Below, piece after piece: positions 37,206 to 46,778 of a stretch of 64,000 nucleotides of DNA. The stretch comes from an uncultured Rikenellaceae bacterium (GTDB lineage Bacteria; Bacteroidota; Bacteroidia; Bacteroidales; VadinHA17), in contig CAZWZQ010000012.1 of NCBI GenBank assembly GCA_964638955.1, positions 2,093 through 66,092 of the forward strand, in the 5' to 3' direction. The translations under genes were made by a program, and so were the position numbers. Position 1 is the stretch's first letter. The number at the start of each line of letters is the position of its first letter. A model generated the notes under the pieces. The model saw only the letters and a program-made list of their open reading frames with translations, did no database searches and was not told where the DNA came from.

Positions 37206-38987
37206 ATGATAAGTTTGAGCATTAATAACCAAAGAGTTACGGTTCAACCGGGAGCAACAGTTCTTCAGGCTGCCCGAAAACTTAATATCAATATTCCGAC
37301 ATTGTGTAATCATCCCGACCTTTGCGTGGCAGGTAACTGCCGTGTTTGCGTTGTTGAACAAACAGGTGCGAAGACTCTTATCGCCGCCTGTGCCATGCCG
37401 GCAGCTGAAGGGATGGATATACATACAAATACGCTGAAGGTAAGGAACGCGCGAAAGCATATTGTTGAGCTGCTTCTTTCGGAGCACAGGTCCGACTGTA
37501 CAAAATGTTACAAAAACCAGAAATGTGAACTGCAGGCCCTTGCAAATGAATTTGCTTTCGGAGATACTATTTTTCATGATCTTGTTGAGGATCATTCGTA
37601 TACTATAGACGCATCGTCTCCTGCATTTATTAAGGACGACAGCAAATGTATCCGTTGCCAGCGGTGTGTAAGAACCTGTGCTGAACTGCAGCATATCTCG
37701 GCAATAGCTGTAGCCAATAAAGGTATGCATCAGAAGATATCCTCCTTCCACGACAGGCCAATGAGCCATGTGGTCTGTACAAATTGCGGCCAGTGTGTTG
37801 TTCGCTGTCCGACCGGAGCCCTGGTGGAAAAGACAGCTATTGACCAGGTGTGGGATGCTATATACGACTCTGATAATCATGTTGTTGTACAGACCGCCCC
37901 GGCAGTAAGAGTAGCCCTGGGAGAGGATCTTGGTTATGATCCCGGTGAAAGAGTAACAGGAAAAATGGTTACAGCTCTCCGGCAGCTTGGTTTTGATTCA
38001 GTTCTCGATACCGACTTCAGTGCCGATCTAACCATTATGGAGGAGGGAACAGAGTTACTTACACGACTGAAGAAAGCACTTGTTGACGGTGACACGAAAA
38101 TATCTTTCCCGATGTTCACCTCATGCTCACCAGGATGGATAAAATTCATTGAACATAAATATCCTGAATTTCTGCCTAATGTGTCTACATGCAAATCGCC
38201 GCAGCAGATGTTTGGAGCTCTTGCCAAGACATATTATGCTCAGAAAAAAAGAATTGATCCTGCAAAAATGGTGTCAGTATCGGTTATGCCGTGCACAGCA
38301 AAAAAATATGAAGCCGACAGACCGGAAATGCGGGCAAGCGGGTTCAAGGATGTTGATTATGTGCTTACTACCCGCGAACTGGCAGTAATGATCAAGCAGG
38401 CAGGTATCGATTTCAGGAACCTTGAGCCGACACATCATGATTCAATAATGGGTGAATCAACAGGCGCAGCTATAATTTTCGGTGCTACCGGAGGTGTTAT
38501 GGAGGCAGCTTTGCGTACAGCCTATGAGATAGTGACAGGACGGGAAGTTCCATTCAAAAATCTTAATATTACTCCTGTCCGCGGTATGGATGGTGTAAAA
38601 GAAGCAGCGATTAAGATAGAAGGCTGTAAAGAGGAATGGAAATTCCTTGAGGGAGTTACCCTTAAAGTAGCAATCGCTCACGGACTTACAAATGCCAATA
38701 AAATACTAAAACAGGTAAGAAAAGGGAAATCACCTTACCATTTTGTTGAGATCATGGCATGTCCGGGCGGATGTCTCGGAGGCGGAGGCCAGCCCATTCC
38801 TACAAGTCTGGAGATCAGGATAAAACGTATGAAAGCTATTTATGCCGAAGATGAACATATGCAATTCCGTAAATCACATGAAAATCCTGAGATAGTTGCT
38901 ATCTATAAGGAATTCCTTGGCCAACCAAACAGTCATGTTTCCCATGAACTTCTGCATACACATTATGTGGAACGCGAAAGCTATTGA
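37206..38987 (+). CDS. hydA: Group A [FeFe] hydrogenase catalytic subunit
   Basis: N-terminal [2Fe-2S], His-ligated and 2x[4Fe-4S] motifs; H-cluster FTSCSPGW, MPCTAKKYE, EIMACPGGCLGGGGQP. Confidence 0.95.
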   Translation: MISLSINNQRVTVQPGATVLQAARKLNINIPTLCNHPDLCVAGNCRVCVVEQTGAKTLIAACAMPAAEGMDIHTNTLKVRNARKHIVELLLSEHRSDCTKCYKNQKCELQALANEFAFGDTIFHDLVEDHSYTIDASSPAFIKDDSKCIRCQRCVRTCAELQHISAIAVANKGMHQKISSFHDRPMSHVVCTNCGQCVVRCPTGALVEKTAIDQVWDAIYDSDNHVVVQTAPAVRVALGEDLGYDPGERVTGKMVTALRQLGFDSVLDTDFSADLTIMEEGTELLTRLKKALVDGDTKISFPMFTSCSPGWIKFIEHKYPEFLPNVSTCKSPQQMFGALAKTYYAQKKRIDPAKMVSVSVMPCTAKKYEADRPEMRASGFKDVDYVLTTRELAVMIKQAGIDFRNLEPTHHDSIMGESTGAAIIFGATGGVMEAALRTAYEIVTGREVPFKNLNITPVRGMDGVKEAAIKIEGCKEEWKFLEGVTLKVAIAHGLTNANKILKQVRKGKSPYHFVEIMACPGGCLGGGGQPIPTSLEIRIKRMKAIYAEDEHMQFRKSHENPEIVAIYKEFLGQPNSHVSHELLHTHYVERESY

Positions 38988-39030
38988 TTACAGAATAACT
39001 AAGTATAACCGCCCATTGAAAAACTCAAGG

Positions 39031-39495
39031 ATGGAAACACATTTCACCTGGAAAACAAAGCTATTCAGCAGAAAATATGAGATTTTTAAATATGATACAA
39101 GAACCGGGGAAGTGACAAATAGGAATTGGTCAAAAACATCGGTCTGTGAGCTGAATAATAAGAAAATCATGTTTGAAACGAAAGGACTTTTTAAAGCTGC
39201 GACCCGGATCGTTGATTTATCTGATAATACTGAAATAGGGAACATTATTTACACTACATGGAAAAGGAAACCGGTAATAAATCTGCGTAACATTGATTAT
39301 AAATGGCAATTTGACAATTTTTTCAATACCAGATGGAGTGTAAGCAACGAAAACGGATTCCTGGTAAAATATCATTCCCGTGCTTTTAAAGGGACAATCG
39401 ATTCATACACTGATGATGAAGCCCTGATACTGGCAGGATTCTATATAAGAAATTATTACAAACAGAAGTCTGAAGCAGCGGCGGCATCGACTTGA
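39031..39495 (+). CDS. Hypothetical protein (possible LURP-one/tubby-like beta fold); start moved from the ORF track to ATG 39031
   Basis: METHFTWKTKLFSRKYEIF..., aromatic-rich beta pattern; the longer ORF-track start overlaps hydA. Confidence 0.6.
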   Translation: METHFTWKTKLFSRKYEIFKYDTRTGEVTNRNWSKTSVCELNNKKIMFETKGLFKAATRIVDLSDNTEIGNIIYTTWKRKPVINLRNIDYKWQFDNFFNTRWSVSNENGFLVKYHSRAFKGTIDSYTDDEALILAGFYIRNYYKQKSEAAAAST

Positions 39496-39533
39496 GACTG
39501 TCATGCAAGTCATGCAAGACAGCCTTTATGCCA

Positions 39534-40148
39534 TTATGTCTTTGCGCCGTTTCTCCGCCGAAGCTTCAACGAAGGCGGATTAAGCCGTTTTAACAACCAT
39601 GCCATATTCTCACCCAGTACTCTCATTGTATTCATACCCTCCTCATCATTAGACACTTCGCCTTTTCCCCCGGCGACGCCTATGTTCCAGTAGGATGATC
39701 CGGGAATGATCATCTCATTTATTAAAAAGAAATGATTTATACTGTCGAAGGCATGTATTGCACCTGCTCTTCTTACCGAAATTACTGCTGCTCCCGGTTT
39801 CCTTTTCAATGGATTTCCTGTACCGCGAAGCGCGTAACCGGCAACATCGATCAATGCTTTTGCTACTGTAGAGAGATCCGAAAAATAGGTGGGGGAACCT
39901 ATTATGATTGCATCGGCTTCAACCATTTTTTTTATACACTTATTCAGTACCTCATTATCCTGGTGACATTGCCCGTCCTTTGCTTTTCTGCATTTCATGC
40001 ATGCAATGCAACCATTCACTTTCTTCCCGCCAAGCTGAAAAAATTCAGTTTTAATTCCGTTCTCTTCAAGTGATTTAAATACTTCTCTTATAAGTATTTC
40101 AGTGTTGCCCTTCTTCCTGGGACTGCAGTTTATTCCAAGTACCTTCAT
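39534..40148 (-). CDS. Multimeric flavodoxin / iron-sulfur flavoprotein (Isf/WrbA-like)
   Basis: SPRKKGNT, CIACMKC...C cluster motif, GSPTYF. Confidence 0.85.
   Translation of the reverse strand: MKVLGINCSPRKKGNTEILIREVFKSLEENGIKTEFFQLGGKKVNGCIACMKCRKAKDGQCHQDNEVLNKCIKKMVEADAIIIGSPTYFSDLSTVAKALIDVAGYALRGTGNPLKRKPGAAVISVRRAGAIHAFDSINHFFLINEMIIPGSSYWNIGVAGGKGEVSNDEEGMNTMRVLGENMAWLLKRLNPPSLKLRRRNGAKT
39554..39579. repeat. REP-like palindrome inside the 3' end of the flavoprotein gene
   Basis: TCCGCC-GAAGCTTCAACGAA-GGCGGA; shares CCGCCGAAGC with the 11054 hairpin. Confidence 0.55.
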
Positions 40149-40260
40149 TTCAGTATTTTTTTACGAATTTAATAAAAGATGGGAATTGTGGAAGTATTTA
40201 TAGTGAGGGCGGGAGAGCGAGAAGGGGAGAGAGGGTGAAAAAACTTACTATAATATATAA

Positions 40261-40309
40261 CTTTAAGCTTAAAACCCTGTACCTTGTACCTTATGCCCTG
40301 TGCCGTGTA
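40261..40309. repeat. Degenerate heptamer tandem array upstream of dinB
   Basis: CTTTAAG CTTAAAA CCCTGTA CCTTGTA CCTTATG CCCTGTG CCGTGTA. Confidence 0.6.
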
Positions 40310-40312
40310 ATA

Positions 40313-41377
40313 ATGAGAAAGATCATACATATCGACATGGACGCCTTTTTCGCTTCCGTTGAACAACTCGATAATCCTGATTTGAGGGGTAAACCAGTTG
40401 CTGTCGGCGGGAGCGGTGAGAGGCATGTTGTTGCAGCTGCAAGCTATGAGGCCAGGAAATTCGGTGTGAGGTCGGCTATGCCATCAGTTACGGCAAAGAG
40501 GTTGTGTCCGGAACTGATATTCGTAAAGCACAGGTTTGACAGATATGTGGAGATATCGGAACAGATACTTGAAATATTCAGAGAATATACCGATGCTGTT
40601 GAACCTCTGTCAATTGATGAAGCATTTCTGGATGTGACCTCCGATAAAAAAGGGATAGGATCGGCAACATTAATAGCTAAAGAAATAAAAAAAATAATTA
40701 AGGAACGAATGGGACTCACGGCATCGGCCGGGGTCTCTTTCAATAAATTTCTTGCCAAAATCGCTTCAGATATAAAAAAGCCGGATGGCCTTTTTATTAT
40801 TAAACCCGGTGATGCAGAAAAATTTATCGATGAGCTGCCAATAGAGAAATTTTATGGTATAGGGAAAGTGACTGCTGATAAGATGCATAAGCTTGGGATA
40901 CATAAAGGTGGTGACCTTAAAAAGTGGGATATACCTGATCTGATCAGAAATTTCGGTAAGGCGGGCAAGTTTTTTTATGATATTGTAAGAGGTATTGATG
41001 ACCGTCCTGTAGAAACTGAAGCTGAACGCAAATCTGTAGGTACGGAATTAACATATGAAAAGGATCTTACCACAGAATTTGAAATTGTAGCAGAGCTTTA
41101 TAAAGTTGAGAAAGGGCTAATGAGAAGGCTTAAAGATGCCGGTACTACGGGAAGAACTGTCACATTAAAAGTGAAGTTTTCCGATTTCAGACAGATAACG
41201 CGGAGCAAAACCGTTCCCTGTTATATTCGTGATTTTGAGACTCTTCACAAAGAGGTTACAGATATCAGAAAGTCACTGAACCTCAAGGGGGAAAGAATAA
41301 GGTTAATGGGAGTTACCCTGTCTAACCTTGAATCAGAGGATTCTGAGGAGAAGCAGCTTGATCTGTTCGGAGAGTAA
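40313..41377 (+). CDS. dinB: DNA polymerase IV (start moved to ATG 40313)
   Basis: RKIIHIDMDAFFASVE, SIDEAFLD, KFLAKIASD. Confidence 0.95.
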   Translation: MRKIIHIDMDAFFASVEQLDNPDLRGKPVAVGGSGERHVVAAASYEARKFGVRSAMPSVTAKRLCPELIFVKHRFDRYVEISEQILEIFREYTDAVEPLSIDEAFLDVTSDKKGIGSATLIAKEIKKIIKERMGLTASAGVSFNKFLAKIASDIKKPDGLFIIKPGDAEKFIDELPIEKFYGIGKVTADKMHKLGIHKGGDLKKWDIPDLIRNFGKAGKFFYDIVRGIDDRPVETEAERKSVGTELTYEKDLTTEFEIVAELYKVEKGLMRRLKDAGTTGRTVTLKVKFSDFRQITRSKTVPCYIRDFETLHKEVTDIRKSLNLKGERIRLMGVTLSNLESEDSEEKQLDLFGE

Positions 41378-41434
41378 GAGAGAGAGAATAGGAGAAGTGA
41401 CCAACTTAGTAGTTAACTCCGTGTAAGTCCATGG

Positions 41435-42070
41435 TTAATAATTGTTTTTAAAGTAGTTAACCAGTACCAGGTATCTCTTTTGGTGCTTTGCTACCAGCTC
41501 CGGATATCTTCCAAAAAACCTTTCAAAATTCTCAAATCTTTTCCTGGCATTATCCCTGACAGCAATCCCAATCTTATTCTTTTCAATGCTCCTCTCCCGA
41601 TATATTTCAAGGTACCTCGATATTCCGGTTTCTCCGAATGCATCCAGATCATCCGCAACTGATAATATCATCTGAAGATTATAGCCGGTGATATTATCAC
41701 TATATTCTTTATTGTCATGACTTTCAATTGCCTGCAGAAGATCTTGGTAATCAGATTCATTCAGGTTGTTCTCTCTTAGAAATTTTCTGCAGATTTCCCG
41801 GCTATACCGGCCATGCCTTTCTCCGGTATCGATTGACATGCCAATATCATGAAGGTAACATGCTATCAATAGCTTATTGATATAGATTTGCTCAAATGAA
41901 TCCTTTTTTTCAATATACTGAAGCAACTCTTTTGCATATTTCCACACTCTCCTGTGATGATCGAGTCCGTGCGATGTTAATTGTCCTTTTTTATAGATTT
42001 TGTTAAAAAATGTTTCCAGAGCCGGAATAAGATCTTTTTCAGAAGTTTCGATAATAGCTGCAATTTGCAT
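41435..42070 (-). CDS. HD-domain phosphohydrolase
   Basis: HGLDHHRRV, LHDIG, ADDLDA. Confidence 0.8.
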   Translation of the reverse strand: MQIAAIIETSEKDLIPALETFFNKIYKKGQLTSHGLDHHRRVWKYAKELLQYIEKKDSFEQIYINKLLIACYLHDIGMSIDTGERHGRYSREICRKFLRENNLNESDYQDLLQAIESHDNKEYSDNITGYNLQMILSVADDLDAFGETGISRYLEIYRERSIEKNKIGIAVRDNARKRFENFERFFGRYPELVAKHQKRYLVLVNYFKNNY

Positions 42071-42183
42071 TATGGATCCCTTATTATTTGTTTTTCCCTA
42101 AGTATTACTTTATGTTGCACTTTGTGCTCCCTGGTGGTTAAATTTTTATTACCACAAAGGACTTTATCATAATCAGGAACAAA

Positions 42184-42212
42184 AAAAGCAAAAGACCGGG
42201 CCTTTTGCTTTT
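42184..42212 (-). terminator. Intrinsic terminator of the 81-aa gene
   Basis: AAAAGCAAAAG-7 nt-CTTTTGCTTTT stem followed by a U-tract on the minus strand. Confidence 0.7.
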
Positions 42213-42233
42213 AAACAGGTTTAAGTTCATAAT

Positions 42234-42479
42234 TCAACTTTTAATCATTCCCATGGCCATATCAAGAATGGTCGTATCATCAAAAGTGACAATTCCACCA
42301 TCGGGCCCCTGTTCAAAATGAATACCAATGCTTTGCCCCTTGTCAAAATTTCTCCCTCCGAAGTAGTTCCTTACTGTCTCTTCATTAAGATCCAGCTTTT
42401 CTGCTATTCTTTTCATACTTCCGGAGGGTAACTGGTCTTTTATCTTCCGGAGCTCGTTGAAGGTGATTGTCTTTCTCAT
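42234..42479 (-). CDS. Small HTH-like DNA-binding protein of a Bacteroidota-conserved type
   Basis: ITFNELRKIKDQLPSGSMKRIAEKLDLNEETVRNYFGG; TAACTTTG -7 element at 42522-42529. Confidence 0.75.
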   Translation of the reverse strand: MRKTITFNELRKIKDQLPSGSMKRIAEKLDLNEETVRNYFGGRNFDKGQSIGIHFEQGPDGGIVTFDDTTILDMAMGMIKS

Positions 42480-42625
42480 CTTTATTATTATTTAAGTTTT
42501 TACAATTGCAGATACAGACTTCAAAGTTAATCAATTATCCATTAATATTATAAAGTGTCAATCTAATTGAAAGCAAAATATACTATATACAAAGTATTTT
42601 AGTTCCCCCCTTGCAGGGCAGGGGG

Positions 42626-43387
42626 TCAAAGTTCCCTCATCATCTCAAGAAACAACTTTATCGCTTTTCGTTTTTCATCGTTAAGTTCAAAATCCATGTT
42701 CTCTGTAAGGTAGATTCTAAGATCTTCACCTCTTATTATTCCTGTTTTGCCATATTTTTCAACAACTGCAGAAATGTTATTTACTCCTGTTGACAGGGCC
42801 TTATTGAATTCTACAAGAAAATCATCATCAAGCTTTTTGTTGGCTGTCCAGCAGGCAAAAGCAAAGGGCAGCCCGGTCAGTGTATTCCATTCTTCGGCCA
42901 GGTCAATTTTAACCACGAACCGGCCTTCATATTCGTAACATTGATCACCTATTAATACAACAGCTTCATTATAAGGTATATGTAAAAAATCAAATCCTTC
43001 AAATGTATTGTTCCAGTTGAATTCTCTTTTCCAGGCATGTTTGGCAAGAATTTTAGCAAGATTGACGGAGGATAAGGATCTGTAATCAAGGTTTATGGAT
43101 AGTACATTATCAAGGGGACAATTACTTAGAAGCATTACCGTTTTTACTTTTCCATAGGCGCCCAGGCAGTAATCGGTTATGATATAAGGCTCTTTAAGCA
43201 TTGGGATTGCTGCAATAGGTATAAGCCCGATATCAACTTTATCATTAATAAGTTTTTCAGCACACTGAGCCGGATGATCGGTTACAATATCATATTTTTT
43301 ATCAAAACCTGTTTCTGTCAATCCATACATAAAAGGGTATGTATTGGCATATCTCACTGCCGAAATTCTTATTTTACCTGTAGCCAT
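42626..43387 (-). CDS. mqnA: Chorismate dehydratase MqnA-like (futalosine menaquinone pathway)
   Basis: VRYANTYP, SLSSVNLAKIL, LIGD, DLAEEW...LPFAFACW. Confidence 0.8.
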   Translation of the reverse strand: MATGKIRISAVRYANTYPFMYGLTETGFDKKYDIVTDHPAQCAEKLINDKVDIGLIPIAAIPMLKEPYIITDYCLGAYGKVKTVMLLSNCPLDNVLSINLDYRSLSSVNLAKILAKHAWKREFNWNNTFEGFDFLHIPYNEAVVLIGDQCYEYEGRFVVKIDLAEEWNTLTGLPFAFACWTANKKLDDDFLVEFNKALSTGVNNISAVVEKYGKTGIIRGEDLRIYLTENMDFELNDEKRKAIKLFLEMMREL

Positions 43388-43499
43388 AAATGCTTTTTTC
43401 TATTACTTTTTATAAGACGGAATCCAGTTTTTTTACAACGTCTAAAATACTACATTTGTATATACCGTTTTAATTAGTTGAAAACTCAAGCAAAATGTA

Positions 43500-44843
43500 A
43501 TGGATTTAAATTCTCTTACAGCCATCTCTCCGCTCGACGGAAGATACAAACAGAAGGTAAATGAGCTTGACCTCTATTTCTCCGAGTTCGGACTTATTAA
43601 ATATCGTCTGATGGTGGAAATAGAATATTTTATTGCTCTTTGCGATATTCCTCTTCCTCAGTTGAGTGATTTCAGGAAGGATAATTACAAGGATCTTCGC
43701 TCAATATATGAAGAGCTGACTATTCTTGATGGAGAAAAAATTAAGGAACGGGAAAAGACGACCAATCATGATATCAAGGCGATTGAATATTTTCTCAAGG
43801 AAAAATTCTTCCATTCAGGCTGGGGAAAGTGGAGTGAGTTCATCCATTTCGGACTAACATCTCAGGATATAAACAATACAGCTGTTCCATTATCACTGAA
43901 GGATGCTCTTACCAATGTGTATTTTCCATTGCTGTTTGAATTGCGAGAGTCACTGGCTTCATTGGCCGATGAGTGGAAAGACATTCCCATGCTCGCAAGA
44001 ACCCATGGACAACCGGCTACACCAACCCGTCTTGGTAAAGAAATTTCAGTTTTCATTGCCAGAATTGACGAACAATCAAAATACTTCGGACAGATTCCTT
44101 ATTCAGCCAAATTCGGTGGAGCAACTGGTAATATGAATGCCCATAAAGCTGCTTATCCTGATATTGACTGGGTAACTTTTGCTGATAATTTTGTTAACGA
44201 GGAGCTTGGATTGCAGCGGTCACATCCCACAACACAGATAGATCATTACGACAATCTGGCGGCTTTATTTGATAACATGCGGAGGATCAATGTAATACTT
44301 ATTGATCTGGCAAGGGATATGTGGACCTATATTTCGATGGATTATTTCAGGCAAAAGATTAAAAAAGGTGAGATAGGATCCTCTGCAATGCCTCATAAGG
44401 TTAACCCGATAGATTTTGAAAATGGTGAAGGCAATCTTGGATATGCAAATGCCATTTTTGGCCATTTTTCGGAAAAATTACCCATCTCCAGACTGCAACG
44501 CGACTTATCCGATTCGACAGTATTACGAAATATAGGCATCCCCGTAGGACATTCGGTACTGGCCTTCAATTCCATTCTTAAAGGGCTGCATAAGCTTATT
44601 GTAAATACAGATAAGATAAAAAGCGATCTCGACAATAACTGGGTAGTGGTAGCTGAAGCTATCCAGACAATTTTACGTAGAGAGGGTTACCCTAAACCAT
44701 ATGAGGCATTGCTCGATCTCACCCGTACCGGTCAGATGATTACAAAAGAAGCGATACATTCCTTTATTGATAATTTGGATGTAAGTGAGACGGTAAAGGA
44801 GGAGTTAAAGGCTATAACTCCGTTTAACTTTACGGGTTTCTAA
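43500..44843 (+). CDS. purB: Adenylosuccinate lyase
   Basis: AISPLDGRY, ARTHGQPA, GSSAMPHKVNPIDFEN; TACATTTG -7 element at 43451-43458. Confidence 0.96.
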   Translation: MDLNSLTAISPLDGRYKQKVNELDLYFSEFGLIKYRLMVEIEYFIALCDIPLPQLSDFRKDNYKDLRSIYEELTILDGEKIKEREKTTNHDIKAIEYFLKEKFFHSGWGKWSEFIHFGLTSQDINNTAVPLSLKDALTNVYFPLLFELRESLASLADEWKDIPMLARTHGQPATPTRLGKEISVFIARIDEQSKYFGQIPYSAKFGGATGNMNAHKAAYPDIDWVTFADNFVNEELGLQRSHPTTQIDHYDNLAALFDNMRRINVILIDLARDMWTYISMDYFRQKIKKGEIGSSAMPHKVNPIDFENGEGNLGYANAIFGHFSEKLPISRLQRDLSDSTVLRNIGIPVGHSVLAFNSILKGLHKLIVNTDKIKSDLDNNWVVVAEAIQTILRREGYPKPYEALLDLTRTGQMITKEAIHSFIDNLDVSETVKEELKAITPFNFTGF

Positions 44844-44858
44844 ACCGACGATATTACA

Positions 44859-46679
44859 ATGAACAAAATAAAACTGCTGCTGAAATATATCAGGCCCTAT
44901 AAAAGGCCTGCTTTTAATAGTGTAATATTCAATATTCTCAGTGCTCTGTTTGCTCTTGTATCATACACCCTTGCAATTCCATTTCTGAAAATCCTGTTTA
45001 ACAGGGTGGAGAGTGTGTCCTATCCCGGAGAATTTCAGATGACATTTGAATACGCAAACGAATTCTACAGATACTATTTATCAATGTTCATTGAGAAGAA
45101 CGGACAGGTAGGAGCTTTACTACTGGTGAGCCTTGTTTTTATTGTAGCCAGCCTTCTGAAAAATGGCTTCGTCTTTCTTGCAAACAACAGCATGGCATAT
45201 ATAAGATCCTGTACGGTCCGGGACCTGAGGAAAAAAATGTATAACAAGGTGCTTAATCTGTCATTATCATATTTCACGGATGCCCGTAAGGGAGATATAA
45301 TGACCAGGGTTTCGAATGATGTACAGGAAATAGAAATATCAGTAATGTCTTCATTAACAATGATTTTCAGGGACCCTATGTACATCATAATTTTTGTTGT
45401 ATACCTGTTTGTCAGCAGTTACCAGCTTACATTGTTCGCACTTATGCTGTTACCTGTCAGCGGCTGGCTCATAGGACGGGTTAGCCGGACATTACGGTCA
45501 TCATCAATTATTCAGCAGGAGAATCTGGGACGTCTCTTGTCGGTGGTGGAAGAAACTCTTACGGGGCTAAGAATCATAAAGGGATTCAATGCCGAAAAAA
45601 AGATGAAGGAACAATTCGATACAACGAACAAAAAGTACTCAAAAACATTCAAGAGAGTAATACGCAGGCATTACATGGCACTCCCGCTCAGTGAGTTCCT
45701 GTCAACGATAGTGATCATTGTTCTGATGTATATCGGGGGGATACTTGCCCTCAGGGGGGGAGGAAATATGACACCTGACAGGCTTATAGCCTATCTTATT
45801 ATCTTTTCACAGATCATACAGCCTGCAAAAAATATTACAACGGCATGGTTCAGCATACAGAAGGGAATGGCATCGATCGACAGGGTAGATCAGATACTTG
45901 AAGCCGAGGTAAAGATCAACGAAAAAGAAAATGCACTTCCGATAAAGGAATTCAATGATTCAATAGAGTTCAGAGGAATATGGTTTGCATATAACAGCGA
46001 ACCGGTTCTTCAGGATATTAATCTGGTGATAAAGAAAGGACAGACAGTAGCTGTGGTTGGTAAGTCGGGAGCCGGTAAATCGACGCTGGCTGACCTTCTT
46101 CCACGGTTTATTGACCCTGACAATGGCTCTATACTCGTTGACGGTAAAGATATCAGTGATCTCAAAATAAAAGACCTTCGTCATCTGCTCGGAATTGTGA
46201 GCCAGAATCCTATCCTTTTCAATACGTCATTCACTGAAAACATAGCTTTTGCTCTTGATACATTCGATATGAAGGATGTCGAAAATGCTGCCTGTATTGC
46301 AAATGCTCATGAATTTATTATGGAAACTGAACATGGATATGACAATACGGTTGGAGAGGGTGGAAATAAGCTGAGCGGAGGGCAGCGGCAGAGGATTAGC
46401 ATTGCAAGGGCAATAATGGCAAATCCGCCTATCCTTATCCTCGATGAGGCAACATCTGCCCTGGATACCGAATCGGAACGTCTTGTTCAGGATGCAATAC
46501 TGAAACTGATGGAAAACAGAACATCAATTGTTATAGCACACAGGTTGTCAACAATTCAGCATGCTGATGTTATAGTCGTTATTGATGAAGGCAAAATTGT
46601 TGAAAAGGGTACACATGACGAACTGATTGGAAAAGAGGATGGATTTTATGCAAAACTGCATAGTTTTCAGGCTATCTGA
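44859..46679 (+). CDS. MsbA-like ABC exporter (TMD+NBD)
   Basis: GKSGAGKST, LSGGQRQR, ILDEATSALD. Confidence 0.9.
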   Translation: MNKIKLLLKYIRPYKRPAFNSVIFNILSALFALVSYTLAIPFLKILFNRVESVSYPGEFQMTFEYANEFYRYYLSMFIEKNGQVGALLLVSLVFIVASLLKNGFVFLANNSMAYIRSCTVRDLRKKMYNKVLNLSLSYFTDARKGDIMTRVSNDVQEIEISVMSSLTMIFRDPMYIIIFVVYLFVSSYQLTLFALMLLPVSGWLIGRVSRTLRSSSIIQQENLGRLLSVVEETLTGLRIIKGFNAEKKMKEQFDTTNKKYSKTFKRVIRRHYMALPLSEFLSTIVIIVLMYIGGILALRGGGNMTPDRLIAYLIIFSQIIQPAKNITTAWFSIQKGMASIDRVDQILEAEVKINEKENALPIKEFNDSIEFRGIWFAYNSEPVLQDINLVIKKGQTVAVVGKSGAGKSTLADLLPRFIDPDNGSILVDGKDISDLKIKDLRHLLGIVSQNPILFNTSFTENIAFALDTFDMKDVENAACIANAHEFIMETEHGYDNTVGEGGNKLSGGQRQRISIARAIMANPPILILDEATSALDTESERLVQDAILKLMENRTSIVIAHRLSTIQHADVIVVIDEGKIVEKGTHDELIGKEDGFYAKLHSFQAI

Positions 46680-46704
46680 TAGTTGAAATGGATTGAATTC
46701 TAAA

Positions 46705-46734
46705 AGTTCCCCTCCTGGGAGGGTAGGGGTGGGT
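46705..46734. repeat. G/C-rich REP-like hairpin, related copy at 42601-42626
   Basis: AGTTCCCCTCCTGGGAGGGTAGGGG vs AGTTCCCCCCTTGCAGGGCAGGGGG. Confidence 0.5.
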
Positions 46735-46778
46735 TCAGTTTTAAAAGACTATAAGATATTTATTTGATATACAGTAAG

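Noticed and set aside
38896-39030. N-terminal extension of the hypothetical ORF given in the track
   Set aside because: It overlaps hydA by about 90 bp; ATG 39031 is more plausible. Similar over-extended starts were trimmed for dinB, uxaC, tkt, GH35 and the 59422 gene.
39498-39522. GTCATGCAA tandem doublet inside a CTGTC/GACAG inverted repeat
   Set aside because: It is short, single, and lies between convergent genes; best read as a terminator-like hairpin.
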